From: Candidatus Methylomirabilis limnetica
GTDB taxonomy: Bacteria; Methylomirabilota; Methylomirabilia; Methylomirabilales; Methylomirabilaceae
NCBI RefSeq assembly: GCF_003044035.1
Contig: NZ_NVQC01000013.1
Span: 1 to 32,000 of the forward strand
Direction: 5' to 3'
Length of the DNA: 32,000 nt
Made by a program: the position numbers and the translations under genes. A model generated the notes under the pieces. That model made no database searches, had not been told where the DNA came from, and saw only the letters and a list, made by a program, of their open reading frames with translations. This document shows positions 6,708 to 17,102 of the stretch, one piece after another (the stretch's first letter is position 1; every line of letters begins with the position of its first letter).

Positions 6708-7779
6708 GGTGGTCAGGCCAGGGCTGCTGACCACCGTCCAGGACCTTGGCCGCATCGGGTATCAGAAATATGGTGTGCCGACTTCCGGTGCGATGGATCG
6801 GACCGCGCTACGGGCCGCCAACCTACTGCTTGATAACGAGGAAGGGCTCGCGGGCTTGGAGGCGACGGCAGAGGGGCCGACGCTCCGCGCACTCCTCGAA
6901 CTGGTCGTGGCGATCGTTGGGGCGGATATGCAGCCACTTGTGGACGGAAAGCCGGTTGAGTGCGGGACAGCCATCGGCATCAGCAGTGGCCAGATCCTTG
7001 AGCTCCAGCGCGCCCGGCGGGGGCTGCGCGCCTATCTGGCTATTGCCGGGGGGATCGATGTTCCGATCATGCTCGGGAGCCGCTCCACCTGCCTTCCCGC
7101 CGCATTCGGCGGCGTCCATGGTCGGTCCCTACGGGAGGGCGATCTCTTGTCGGTCGGCTGCGTCGGGCGACAGCCTATGGCTCTCAGCGGGCGTCGACTG
7201 TTATCGGGGTGGGTGGAGCCGATAAGTGAGGTCCTTACTGTGCGCGTGGTTCTCGGGCCGCAAGATGACCGGTTTACCACTGGAGGGATTCGCACGTTCT
7301 TGAGCGGAGCGTATCGTCTCACACCACAGATGGATCGGATGGGCGTAAGACTCCAGGGACCGCCGATCGCCCATCGATCAGGCGCGGATATCATCTCTGA
7401 CTCGATCCCTCTGGGGGCGGTGCAAGTACCGTCTGACGGCCAGCCAATGATCTTATTGGCCGACCGCCAGACGACGGGTGGCTACACAAAGATTGCGGTT
7501 ATCATACAAGAAGACATCTTTCGATTGGGCCAGGCCACGCCGGGGCAGGTTATTCGGTTCTGCCAGATCTCCGCGTCCGAGGCGTGCGCTGCCCTGCGGG
7601 CTTACGAGGGAAGATTTGACGCATTGCGGCGGGCATGGCAGAGTCGACTGGGGGAGCAGGGTAGCTACGGGTTAAGCCTTGGGGTCAGATCGTATCGAGT
7701 TAATGTGAAAGGCGGTAGAGGGACGTACCGGGTGAGTCTTGAGGGGGTGGAGAGGAAATCCGAGGATGCTGAAGAGTAA
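6694..7779 (+). CDS. pxpC: 5-oxoprolinase subunit C (KipA / allophanate hydrolase subunit 2 family) with a C-terminal extension
   Basis: [32 protein letters not shown]...DRMGVRLQG...[28 protein letters not shown]. Overlaps pxpB by 14 nt. Confidence 0.9.
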   Translation: [361 protein letters not shown]

Positions 7780-8221
7780 TGACGGATCGTTGGGGTGGAG
7801 CGTGGTAAAGCAGGTGATGCTGGCGGGCGTTCTGGCCTTCGCACTTTCAGCCTGTGCGACTTGGCGAATAAAGCCGACCTTGGCAGGACCTGGTGTGCCG
7901 ATCATCTCTAATCTCCAGGTCGAACCTGTGAAGGTGAGGGTTGGAGAAGCGGTGAGAATCACCTTTGACTTCGAGGACACCGATGCTGACGTTGTAGAAA
8001 CTCGCATCTTTCCTTCTGAGGTTCGGGAATGGGTCTACAGGCCAGCCCTTGCGCCGAAGGTCGTGAACCTGAAAACTGATAAGTATGGCCTGGCCATCGG
8101 GAAGGTCGAAACGCACCTCAAATGGGAGAGCGAGGGGATCAGGGTCTTAGAGGTCTTTGTGGTGGATGAACAGAATCACACGAGCAATGCATTGCGAGCG
8201 CGCGTTGCGGTCATCCGCTAG
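7766..8221 (+). CDS. lipoprotein of unknown function (lipobox LSAC)
   Basis: ...VMLAGVLAFALSAC|ATW... is a signal peptide with lipobox, followed by a beta-rich domain. Start ambiguous among 7739, 7766 and 7817. Confidence 0.55.
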   Translation: MLKSNDGSLGWSVVKQVMLAGVLAFALSACATWRIKPTLAGPGVPIISNLQVEPVKVRVGEAVRITFDFEDTDADVVETRIFPSEVREWVYRPALAPKVVNLKTDKYGLAIGKVETHLKWESEGIRVLEVFVVDEQNHTSNALRARVAVIR

Positions 8222-8251
8222 CGAGCGTCTGGTTTCTCAGGAAGTAGCTCT

Positions 8252-8281
8252 CAGCAATCAGCACTCAGCCTTCAGCCTCAG
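8252..8281 (+). repeat. heptanucleotide tandem tract CAGCNNT, about 4 copies
   Basis: CAGCAAT CAGCACT CAGCCTT CAGCCTC AG. Confidence 0.6.
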
Positions 8282-8397
8282 ATAAAAGAGGGGGCGTACC
8301 TGATTTCAGCGCCTGCCCATTGACATTCCCAGGCTCGTGATTTACTGTTAGACGCTCTTCAAGCGAGGGATCTCGGGATAAAGGAGGAAACCACCGG

Positions 8398-9396
8398 ATG
8401 CCGCAGCTCCGCAAGGATCCTATCACTTCGCGATGGGTCATTATTTCGACAGAGCGAGGGAAGCGTCCATCGGACTTTTCTACTGTTCCGCCACCGAGGC
8501 AGTTGGGGTTTTGCCCGTTCTGCCCAGGGAATGAGGATAAAACGCCTCCTGAGATTATGGCCTATCGGAAGGACGGTAACCTGCCTAATCGCAAGGGATG
8601 GAGCCTTCGTGTTATACCAAATAAGTTCCCTGCACTCCAGATCGAGGGAGACCTGGATCGGGAGGGTGAAGGGATCTACGATAAGATGCACGGGCTAGGT
8701 GCTCACGAGGTGATCATCGAATCCCCCAACCACAATGACACGCTCTCCACCATGCCAGAGGAACGGGTAGAGGATCTCCTGTGGGCCTACCGAGACCGGA
8801 TACTCGATCTCAAAAAAGACGACCGATTCCGCTACATTTTGATCTTCAAGAACCACGGCGAGCAAGCCGGCGCCTCCTTGGAACACCCTCATTCTCAGCT
8901 CATCGCTACCCCTATTGTTCCGAAGCGGGCCTGTGAAGAGGTGGATGGCGCCAAGGCCTACTTCAAATACAAAGATCGGTGTATCTACTGCGACATTATC
9001 CGCCAGGAACTGCAGCAGGAGAGTAGGGTTATCGCGCTGAATGATGAGTTCGTGGCTATCGCCCCCTTCGCATCGCGCTTTCCGTTCGAAACCTGGATCC
9101 TGCCTAGGAATCACGAGCCGTTCTTCCAGGACTCGAAGAAGGTCGACATGGTGAGTTGCTCCAGGATGTTGAAGGGGGTTCTTGGCAAGATGGATCAGGT
9201 TCTCACTAACCCCCCCTACAATTACCTGATTCACAGTGCTCCGCTCCAGGAGACCGAGGTGAACCATTATCACTGGCATCTTGAGATTATGCCGACCCTC
9301 GTCAAGGTTGCAGGCTTCGAGTGGGGGACCGGTTTTTACATCAATCCTGTCCCTCCGGAGGATGCGGCCAAGTATCTCCGGGAGGCTCGGCTATAG
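8398..9396 (+). CDS. galT: galactose-1-phosphate uridylyltransferase-family protein (HIT superfamily, GalT type 1)
   Basis: RKDPITSRWVIISTERGKRP..., zinc motif CPFCPGNE, active-site HPHSQLIA. AGGAGG lies 9 nt upstream of the ATG. Confidence 0.85.
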   Translation: MPQLRKDPITSRWVIISTERGKRPSDFSTVPPPRQLGFCPFCPGNEDKTPPEIMAYRKDGNLPNRKGWSLRVIPNKFPALQIEGDLDREGEGIYDKMHGLGAHEVIIESPNHNDTLSTMPEERVEDLLWAYRDRILDLKKDDRFRYILIFKNHGEQAGASLEHPHSQLIATPIVPKRACEEVDGAKAYFKYKDRCIYCDIIRQELQQESRVIALNDEFVAIAPFASRFPFETWILPRNHEPFFQDSKKVDMVSCSRMLKGVLGKMDQVLTNPPYNYLIHSAPLQETEVNHYHWHLEIMPTLVKVAGFEWGTGFYINPVPPEDAAKYLREARL

Positions 9397-9479
9397 TTGC
9401 ATAAAAAAAGGTCAGGTGAGTAAGGACTTGCGTAAAGTTTTGGCAAAGACGTAGGCTCAGGGGGCGGCGTAATGACTAG

Positions 9480-10004
<525 letters not shown>

Positions 10005-10089
10005 GGATACGCGGTGAAGGAGAATTCCACCGCTTCATAAACTGTTCAACGACGAATCATTCGACCCAAGAAGGAGGAAAGGCAGCCCT

Positions 10090-11505
10090 ATGACACCGAA
10101 GGATGTCATCACGCTGGCGAACGAGCGAGGCGCGAAGATCGTTGACCTCAGATTCATCGACATGCCTGGTCTGTGGCAGCATTTTTCTCTTTCCAGGCGA
10201 GAATTGACGGAAGATCTGTTCACGGACGGGGTCGGGTTCGATGGATCCTCCATTCGAGGTTTCCAGGCGATCCATGAGTCGGACATGCTCCTGATTCCTG
10301 ATCCGGCGACGGCGACCATGGATCCCTTCATGACCGTGCCCACCCTGGTCATGATCTGCAACATCATGGATCCAGTGACAAGGCAGCTCTACAGTAGGGA
10401 TCCGCGATATATTGCGCAAAAGGCCGAGGCGTACCTTACGTCAACGGCGATTGCAGATACCGCCTTCGTTGGTCCTGAGCTGGAGTTCTTCATCTTTGAC
10501 AACATTCGGTTCGATCAGAGCTACCAGCACGGCTTCTACTTCATTGACTCGGAGGAGGGGTTTTGGAACTCCGGGAAGGACGAAAAGCCGAACCTGGGCT
10601 ACAAGCCTCGCTACAAGCAGGCCTATTTCCCCGTACCGCCGATGGACAAACTCCATGACATCCGCTCGGAGATGGTGTTAGCGATGGAGTCCGTAGGGAT
10701 TCCGGTTGAGGTTCACCACCATGAGGTTGCGACGGCCGGTCAGTGCGAGATCGACATGAAGTTCGACACGCTGACCAAGATGGCGGACAGGGTGCAGTGG
10801 TTCAAGTACTGCGTGAAGAACACCGCTCGTAAGCACGGTAAAACGGCCACCTTTATGCCTAAGCCGATCTTCCAGGACAACGGCTCCGGCATGCACGTCC
10901 ACCAGAGTCTCTGGAAGGGTGGCAAAAATACCTTCTGGGAGCTTGGAGGGTATGGAGATCTGTCCGCGACGGCTCGCTACTACATCGGTGGATTGCTCAA
11001 GCATGCGCCCGCGCTCTGCGCCCTCATCGCCCCAACCACGAATTCGTACCGACGGCTCGTGCCCGGCTACGAGGCGCCGATCAACCTCGTATACAGCCAA
11101 CGGAACCGATCGGCCGCAGCCAGGATCCCCCTCTACTCAAAGAGCGAGAGGGCAAAGCGGATCGAATTCCGAACGCCCGATCCCAGTTGCAACGCCTACC
11201 TGGCCTTCAGCGCGATGCTCATGGCTGGCATTGACGGCATCCAGAAGAAGATTGACCCTGGACAGCCGGTCGACAAAGATCTGTACGAGCTCGAGCCGGA
11301 GGAGACGAAGGATATCAGGCAGTTACCGGGTAGCCTGGAGGAGGTCCTGAACGCTCTGGAAGCCGACCACGAGTTCCTCCTGAAGGGCGATGTCTTCACC
11401 CCGGATCTCATCGACACCTGGATCAAGTACAAGCGGAAGAACGAGGTCGATCCGATTCGCCTCCGCCCTCATCCCTGGGAGTTCGCCCTCTACTACGACA
11501 TCTAA
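10090..11505 (+). CDS. glnA: glutamine synthetase type I
   Basis: 471 aa with GSI hallmarks ([42 protein letters not shown]). [10 protein letters not shown] matches the adenylylation-site context (NLYDLPPEE in E. coli). Confidence 0.95.
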   Translation: MTPKDVITLANERGAKIVDLRFIDMPGLWQHFSLSRRELTEDLFTDGVGFDGSSIRGFQAIHESDMLLIPDPATATMDPFMTVPTLVMICNIMDPVTRQLYSRDPRYIAQKAEAYLTSTAIADTAFVGPELEFFIFDNIRFDQSYQHGFYFIDSEEGFWNSGKDEKPNLGYKPRYKQAYFPVPPMDKLHDIRSEMVLAMESVGIPVEVHHHEVATAGQCEIDMKFDTLTKMADRVQWFKYCVKNTARKHGKTATFMPKPIFQDNGSGMHVHQSLWKGGKNTFWELGGYGDLSATARYYIGGLLKHAPALCALIAPTTNSYRRLVPGYEAPINLVYSQRNRSAAARIPLYSKSERAKRIEFRTPDPSCNAYLAFSAMLMAGIDGIQKKIDPGQPVDKDLYELEPEETKDIRQLPGSLEEVLNALEADHEFLLKGDVFTPDLIDTWIKYKRKNEVDPIRLRPHPWEFALYYDI

Positions 11506-11530
11506 GCATTCTCGGTTCCTCTTTCTGCAA

Positions 11531-11569
11531 ACGGCCCCGGATGAACTTCCGGGGCCGTTCTGTTTTCTC
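11531..11569 (+). terminator. rho-independent terminator after glnA
   Basis: ACGGCCCCGG-atgaactt-CCGGGGCCGT (10-bp perfect stem) followed by TCTGTTTTCT. Confidence 0.75.
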
Positions 11570-11603
11570 CTGGGCCTGAGGACATGACTGAACTCGATGC
11601 AGG

Positions 11604-11632
11604 TTGCACGCGTCAGACCTACATGCTAGTAT
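11604..11632 (+). promoter_or_regulatory. candidate sigma-70 promoter for the glycine-zipper lipoprotein gene
   Basis: TTGCAC, 17 nt, TAGTAT. Confidence 0.35.
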
Positions 11633-11691
11633 TTTTACGGTTTTCAGTGCAACTCACGTTGGCCTTGGGCTGAGCATAGAGGAGGAGAGAG

Positions 11692-12120
11692 ATGAAGCGT
11701 ACAGGAATATGGTTAGTTCTGATCGCATTTGGGGTTGCGGTCACAGGCTGCGCTACGACGCAGGCGCAGCCCGGCTACTACGCCTATCCGCAGCGCGGAC
11801 AGACCCCGGAGCAGCTTAGTCGCGATCAGTACGAGTGTCAGGCGTGGGCGCAGCAGCAGAGTAGGTTTGATCCAGCTACGGATACGACGAGGGGGGCAGC
11901 TACTGGCGGGGTGTTGGGTGCGCTCGGGGGCGCCGCAGCAGGCGCGGCCATCGGCGCGGCAACTGGCGGCGGTGCCGGTAGAGGCGCGGCCATCGGCGCG
12001 ACAACCGGTGGGATCGGTGGCGTTGTCCTCGGTGGGAGCGGCGCCCACGCACAGGGCAAGGATGGCTACGATAGGGCCTACGCCGCCTGCATGACCGGAC
12101 GCGGGTACGTGGTCAGGTAG
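11692..12120 (+). CDS. glycine-zipper lipoprotein
   Basis: Signal peptide with lipobox (VTGC), then the Gly/Ala zipper GGVLGALGGAAAGAAIGAATGGGAGRGAAIGATTGGIGGVVLGG. GAGGAGGAG lies upstream of the ATG. Confidence 0.75.
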   Translation: MKRTGIWLVLIAFGVAVTGCATTQAQPGYYAYPQRGQTPEQLSRDQYECQAWAQQQSRFDPATDTTRGAATGGVLGALGGAAAGAAIGAATGGGAGRGAAIGATTGGIGGVVLGGSGAHAQGKDGYDRAYAACMTGRGYVVR

Positions 12121-12251
12121 TCTGCGACACCCGCAAAGAGTGAGGCGTGGCCTGATGCGCCCACCCAGCCTTGGGTTACATGCGAGCGGAGACGGCAGCG
12201 CCGTTTCCGCTCGTTGTTTTTCAGGCAATCAAGCTGTGTGAGGGCCATCCA

Positions 12252-15200
12252 ATGAGTATGCCGTTTCCACCTGGGGTTGAGGCGCTGGCCGCTGCCGGCT
12301 GCCGTTATCCTGAACAAGCGCAGCAGAACCTGCAACGCCTGGCTGGCTCGTCCCATCTGAGCTCCCTTCAATCGATTCTTCCACTGCTCCTGGATCGCCT
12401 GATCAATCTTGCTGATCCGGACATGTCGCTCAATAACCTGGAGCGCTACGCCGAGGTGGTCATTGATAGGGGATTCTTTTTTTCGCACCTCAGAGATAGT
12501 CCTAAGTCACTTGATCTTCTGCTGACGCTTTTTGGAAGTTCACAGCATCTTTCCGACATCCTGATCCGTTTCCCGCAGGACTTTCACTGGCTGCTGCAGC
12601 CTGGCCTACTCCGGAGGACCAGGTCTAAGGAGGAGCTGGTCGAAGATCTGGGCGGGTTCCTCTCGAGGGTGAAGAGCCAGGAGCGGGTATGGGCAGCGCT
12701 GCGTCGATTCAAGATGCGGGAGACCTTGCGGATCGGGCTCCAGGATCTTCTTGGCAATCTGGATCTGACCGGTGTGACGCAGCAACTGTCTCTGGTGGCT
12801 GATGTAGTGCTGCAGCGGGCCTATGAGATTTGCCGCGCTGATCTCGTGCGTCGGTACGGCGAGCCACGGTATGGAGGACCCGCTGGTGAGCAGGCGTGCG
12901 GGTTTGTGATCGTCGGGATGGGGAAGCTCGGCGGCGAGGAGCTGAATTTCAGTTCGGACATCGACCTGCTGTTCATCTACGAAGGGGAAGGTGAGACGGA
13001 TGGGCTCACCAGCCCGTCAGGCATCCTCATCGGCAGAGTGAGCAATCATGAGTTCTTCACCCGCCTGGGAGAGGGCGTGATCAAAGCAATCGGCGACCTG
13101 ACATCGGAGGGGCGCGTCTTCCGAGTTGACATGCGGCTTCGACCCGAGGGGCGGGCGGGTGCGCTGGTCTATTCGCTCAGGGGGTATGAACTCTATTATG
13201 AATCATGGGGACAGACGTGGGAGCGCATGGCTCTGATCAAGGCGAGGCCTGTGGCTGGCGATTCGGCGGTGGGTGAGGCATTCCTGAAGCTGGTGGTGCC
13301 GTTCGTCTATCGCAGGTCACTCGATTATAGCGCCATCGGGGAGATCCGAGCGATGAAGGATCGGATCAACGCGAAGGTCGAGCGCGACCAGGAGACCTTC
13401 CGCCATGTCAAGCTGGGCTACGGGGGTATCCGCGAGATCGAATTTATTGTACAGACCTTTCAGCTCCTGTACGGGCCAAGCGACCCGTGGATCCGCGAGC
13501 CGAATACGCTCCGCGCGCTGCAGCGATTGGCTGATCGTGGGCGCGTGACCACCGATGAACATGCGACATTGGTAAAGGCCTACGCCTTCCTCCGGACGGT
13601 CGAGCATCGCATCCAGATCCTCCATCACCTGCAAACCCATGTCTTGCCGCCGGACCATGACGGCCTTGCTCAGTTAGCTCGGCGCCTCGGCTACTCCCCC
13701 AATCTGTCGTCTGACCCGGCGCTGGCCTTACAACAGGATTATCAGCGGCACATCCAGGCGGTCCGGCAGGTATATGACTACCTGCTAAGGGAGCCGCCCT
13801 TAGAGGCGGAGGAGATATTATCTCACCCTCTCGCCGACTTTCTGGATGGACGGGCAGACGAAAGCGTTGCACGTGAGCAGTTGGCAGCCGCCGGCATATC
13901 GGACCTTGATCGCGCCGTCCGCTCACTGATCATGTTACGCGACGGCCCTCCCTTCAGACGCCATACGGCTGATACTCGGCGAATCTTCGCCACCCTGGCG
14001 CCTACCTTCATGGAGGGTGTGACGCAGGCGCCGGACCCGGACCTGGCCCTCCTGCACTTTGAGCGGTTTATCGAGCGGGTTGGTTCCGGCGCTGTGGTGT
14101 ACGACGTCTTCAAGCAGGCGCCGCTCACCCTGATCCACCTGATGCGACTCTTTGGCTCAAGCGAGTTCCTCTCGCAGCTTTTGATCCTGCACCCCGATCT
14201 TTTGGACCTGCTGATCCTACCCGATCAGGCTGAACGTGGTCGACCCGGCGAGTTGGTTGAGGAATGCTGGCGCGCGGTGGCCGACGCCCCGGCTGGAAGC
14301 CCCAAGTTGGATGCGTTGCGGCGGTTCAAGCAGGCAGAGGAATTCCGAATCGGTATCCTGGACCTGATCGGAAAAGCCGACTTGGACGAAGTGAGTAGAG
14401 CCTTGACGCGTCTCTCGGATGCCTGTGTTCAGACGGCATATAGGCTGGCTCGCGAGGACCTGGGGCCGCAGTATGGTCTACCATCCCCGGCGGGGTTTGT
14501 CGTCTTGGGCCTTGGCAAATGCGGTGCCGAGGAGATGGGGTATGGGTCCGACCTTGATCTCATCTTCGCGTATGCGCAGGAAGGAACGACTGCAGGCGGG
14601 TCCCAGTGTATGAGCCATACAGAATATTTCGGGCGCCTGGCCGATAAGATCTGCAAGAACCTCACGACTATCACCAAGGAGGGAACGGTCTACCGGGTCG
14701 ACATCCGGCTGCGCCCAGGTGGATCGGTGGGCAGGGTAGCACAGTCCTTCGCGGCATTTGAGACCCACATTGCCCGAACAGCCGAGCTGTGGGAGCGCCA
14801 GGCGTACCTGAGGGCGCGTCCGATCGCGGGTGACCTCGACATCGCGGAGCCGTTCATGGCTTCATTGTCCGAGCTTATCTATCGACCAACCTCAGTGGAG
14901 AGTCTGGCAGCGAACATCACGGCGATGCGGCACCGGATGGAAGTAGAACTGACCAAGGAGAGGGTCGGTGAGCGCCATGTGAAGTTGGGGAGCGGTGGGA
15001 TTGTTGACATCGAGTTTGTCGCCCAGTTCCTCCAGCTTGCGTACGGATCTACGCTCTCTGCCCTGCGGGTTGGCGGTACGCTGAAGGCCCTCGAATCAGC
15101 TCGCGGTGCCGGTCTGATTTCCGACTCAGATGCTGTTGACCTCAGTACGTCATATCGGTTCCTGCGCACCGTACAGAATCGTCTTCGGGTCGTGGCCGAT

Positions 15201-15380
15201 CTTGAGACCTCCGTGTTGCCCAGCGATCCGGACCGGCTCGATCGCCTGGCTCGACGGCTCGGGTATGAAGCGGGTGACGGTGGCGGTCCAGGGGAGCGGT
15301 TTCTGGCTGACTACCAGCGCCATACGGAGCGGGTACGGGGGATTTACGAGGCGATATTTCATCCCCCTCTAAGAACTTGA
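12252..15380 (+). CDS. glnE: bifunctional glutamine synthetase adenylyltransferase / adenylyl-removing enzyme
   Basis: Two nucleotidyltransferase halves (GMGKLGGEELNFSSDIDLLFIY and GLGKCGAEEMGYGSDLDLIFAY), each followed by a GlnE-type helical domain (..YRVD.RLRP.G...). Start chosen at ATG 12252 (MSMPFPP...). Confidence 0.9.
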   Translation: MSMPFPPGVEALAAAGCRYPEQAQQNLQRLAGSSHLSSLQSILPLLLDRLINLADPDMSLNNLERYAEVVIDRGFFFSHLRDSPKSLDLLLTLFGSSQHLSDILIRFPQDFHWLLQPGLLRRTRSKEELVEDLGGFLSRVKSQERVWAALRRFKMRETLRIGLQDLLGNLDLTGVTQQLSLVADVVLQRAYEICRADLVRRYGEPRYGGPAGEQACGFVIVGMGKLGGEELNFSSDIDLLFIYEGEGETDGLTSPSGILIGRVSNHEFFTRLGEGVIKAIGDLTSEGRVFRVDMRLRPEGRAGALVYSLRGYELYYESWGQTWERMALIKARPVAGDSAVGEAFLKLVVPFVYRRSLDYSAIGEIRAMKDRINAKVERDQETFRHVKLGYGGIREIEFIVQTFQLLYGPSDPWIREPNTLRALQRLADRGRVTTDEHATLVKAYAFLRTVEHRIQILHHLQTHVLPPDHDGLAQLARRLGYSPNLSSDPALALQQDYQRHIQAVRQVYDYLLREPPLEAEEILSHPLADFLDGRADESVAREQLAAAGISDLDRAVRSLIMLRDGPPFRRHTADTRRIFATLAPTFMEGVTQAPDPDLALLHFERFIERVGSGAVVYDVFKQAPLTLIHLMRLFGSSEFLSQLLILHPDLLDLLILPDQAERGRPGELVEECWRAVADAPAGSPKLDALRRFKQAEEFRIGILDLIGKADLDEVSRALTRLSDACVQTAYRLAREDLGPQYGLPSPAGFVVLGLGKCGAEEMGYGSDLDLIFAYAQEGTTAGGSQCMSHTEYFGRLADKICKNLTTITKEGTVYRVDIRLRPGGSVGRVAQSFAAFETHIARTAELWERQAYLRARPIAGDLDIAEPFMASLSELIYRPTSVESLAANITAMRHRMEVELTKERVGERHVKLGSGGIVDIEFVAQFLQLAYGSTLSALRVGGTLKALESARGAGLISDSDAVDLSTSYRFLRTVQNRLRVVADLETSVLPSDPDRLDRLARRLGYEAGDGGGPGERFLADYQRHTERVRGIYEAIFHPPLRT

Positions 15381-15560
15381 GGGGGCAGGCGTTATCATCC
15401 TTGTCCCCGCATGTTATAAGCGGGGAGCGGTGAAGCCGGGAGCCGACGCGAGGGCCGATGATGCGCGGGAGGGATTTCAGCCGATGTATCCTTCGACCAG
15501 TTCAGGGTGAACGGTGAATAGAAGGAAACGGTAGACGCATACCACCAGCAAGGATCACTA

Positions 15561-15589
15561 TTGCAAATCGTGCCAGTGTGCGTTACGTT
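15561..15589 (+). promoter_or_regulatory. candidate sigma-70 promoter for rnpB
   Basis: TTGCAA, 17 nt, TACGTT, ending 6 nt before the predicted 5' end of the RNase P RNA. Confidence 0.4.
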
Positions 15590-15595
15590 GGTAGT

Positions 15596-16039
15596 GGCCG
15601 AAGTCGGTCGGATGACCGCCGGTTCGCCTTTGGCGGACGGGAGGAAAGTCCGGACTCCACAGGGTAGGGTGCTGGGTAACGCCCAGGGAGGGTGACCTCA
15701 CGGACAGTGCCACAGAAAAGATACCGCCCGCGCAGCATCATCGGCCGCTAGGTTTCGTTTCAAGCGTAGCCGAACGGCCCGTGGGTAAGGGTGAAAAGGT
15801 GCGGTAAGAGCGCACCAGCGGCATGGTGACATGCCGGCTTGGCAAACCCCACCCGGAGCAAGGCCAAATAGGTTCCGCCCCATCATGCAGAGAGCGGCCC
15901 GCTCTCGTGTCCCTTTCGGGGCAGGCGGAACGGGTAGGCTGCTTGAGCCCGGCGGTAACGTCGGGCCTAGAGGAATGGTCATCCGGTCGGGCCGTAAGGT
16001 CCGGCCGTACAGGATCCGGCTTACAGACCGACTTCGGCC
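15596..16039 (+). ncRNA. rnpB: RNase P RNA, bacterial type A
   Basis: P1 pairing GGCCGAAGTCGGTC / GACCGACTTCGGCC. Conserved GGGAGGAAAGTCCGGACTCCACAGGG, ACAGAAA, GGGTAAGGGTGAAAAGGTGCGGTAAGAGCGCACC and ACAGGATCCGGCTTACAG. Confidence 0.9.
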
Positions 16040-16136
16040 ATATCAATAGAGTCAGGCAGGTGTCACGGTTTTAAAGGGTGGTAGGCGGGCGTAACATAAT
16101 CGTGGACTTTAATCTCACACATCGAGGGGCGCGTTA

Positions 16137-16241
16137 ATGGGACTTGACGGAATCGATATTGTTTGGATAGTTATGATCGGCGCCTTAGTGATCGGATATG
16201 GCCTGGTGTGGTTTGTCTTTCGAAAGATTTCTCGGAAGTAA
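16137..16241 (+). CDS. possible 34-aa single-pass membrane peptide
   Basis: MGLDGIDIVWIVMIGALVIGYGLVWFVFRKISRK, GAGGGG 8 nt upstream. Too short for the ORF track; no homology recognised. Confidence 0.3.
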   Translation: MGLDGIDIVWIVMIGALVIGYGLVWFVFRKISRK

Positions 16242-16285
16242 GAGCTATTTTTTTGGATACCGATTGAGGCTGTCGGTGTCTCGGG

Positions 16286-16468
16286 ATGGTACAAGGGGTA
16301 GCCTCTCCCGGCTGCATGGGAACCTTTCAGCAGTCACAGACCATCGAGTTCTACGACGCGAATGGACGGCATGTGGGCTATGGGAAGGTGTACGGCGGGA
16401 CGGTAGAGTTCTTCAACCTGAATTTAAGACCCCTCACAACCCCTGTAGCTCCGTCACGAGCTCGTTGA
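16286..16468 (+). CDS. hypothetical small protein
   Basis: 60-aa ORF with a plausible beta-rich core, TIEFYDANGRHVGYGKVYGGTVEFFNLN. No recognisable family. Confidence 0.3.
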   Translation: MVQGVASPGCMGTFQQSQTIEFYDANGRHVGYGKVYGGTVEFFNLNLRPLTTPVAPSRAR

Positions 16469-16700
16469 GGTAATCAAATAGTCGAAAGGACCTAAGCCCA
16501 GCGTCTCCAGAAATTTAGCGGGGTGGGTCTAGTCACGACTCACATCTCCCCTTGTGACGTTGAGCGCCTCTCGCTAGCCTATAGACCAGGATTTGCAGAA
16601 CGCAGCACAGCGCAGTAGTGTGAGGAAAGGGATTGCACACTTGGGCACCTCAGGATGAAGAAGGCGGGACCCATCCCGCCGGGAAGGATGGAGGGGCCAG

Positions 16701-17102
16701 ATGGAAAAGAATTCCGATCCGGAATATGTTCAGGTGTGTTTGACCATAAGACATTATAGCGCGGTTTGCTTTGCCATGCGGACCCTGTTCTTGACGCTCT
16801 CCGTAGGTCTGGCGGTCGTTGGTTTTGGGATTATTCCACAAGAATCGTTTCTGGTGAAGGCAACGGCAAAGGTATTCGGCTTCTTGGCGACCTGTTTCTT
16901 CTGGGCCTGTGAAAAGAACGCGGTGCGCTACATGAGCCACATGCAGGAGAGAGCAGCCGAGTTGGAGAAACTGCTTGGCTATCGCTTATGGTCAGGGATG
17001 CCCCAGTCAGTGTACTGGTTTGTCGGGCTATCTGTCGTCACCCCGCTTGCCTATGGGGTGATTGCGCTCTTCTGGCTATACGCGATGATCTTTGTTCGCT
17101 GA
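16701..17102 (+). CDS. hypothetical integral membrane protein (about 4 TM segments)
   Basis: 133-aa ORF with hydrophobic stretches; GGAGGGG upstream of the ATG. Confidence 0.5.
   Translation: MEKNSDPEYVQVCLTIRHYSAVCFAMRTLFLTLSVGLAVVGFGIIPQESFLVKATAKVFGFLATCFFWACEKNAVRYMSHMQERAAELEKLLGYRLWSGMPQSVYWFVGLSVVTPLAYGVIALFWLYAMIFVR

Noticed and set aside
8320-8348. Sigma-70-like promoters for galT (TTGACA, 17 nt, TACTGT at 8320-8348) and pxpA (TTCAAG, 17 nt, TACAAT at 5145-5173).
   Set aside because: Not rejected outright, but too weak to list as features. Hexamer matches of this quality are common, and the promoter consensus of this organism is unknown.
10005-10089. Glutamine (glnA-motif) riboswitch or attenuator between glnB and glnA. 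Contains GTTCA...GAAGGA and the hairpin GCGGTG-aaggagaattc-CACCGC.
   Set aside because: The 3' half lacks the GGAACG closing strand and the conserved ACGGAAGTAGG core. The hairpin has no U-tract. It is at most a weak intercistronic stem.
11713-12228. Ala/Gly/Arg/Pro-rich ORFs overlapping 11692-12120 on both strands (11713-12228, 11729-12094, 11838-12059).
   Set aside because: They are alternative-frame readings of the GGN/GCN-rich glycine-zipper coding sequence. Only the + frame at 11692 has an RBS, signal peptide and lipobox.
15562-15580. Sigma-54-like TGGCACGATTTGCA on the minus strand.
   Set aside because: The GG-to-GC offset is 10 nt instead of 12, it points into the 3' end of glnE, and it overlaps the candidate sigma-70 promoter of rnpB.
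15698-16074. Four ORFs (15698-15982, 15738-16046, 15823-16074, 15831-16049) in the glnE-downstream region.
   Set aside because: They all lie inside the RNase P RNA gene (15596-16039), which explains the region completely.
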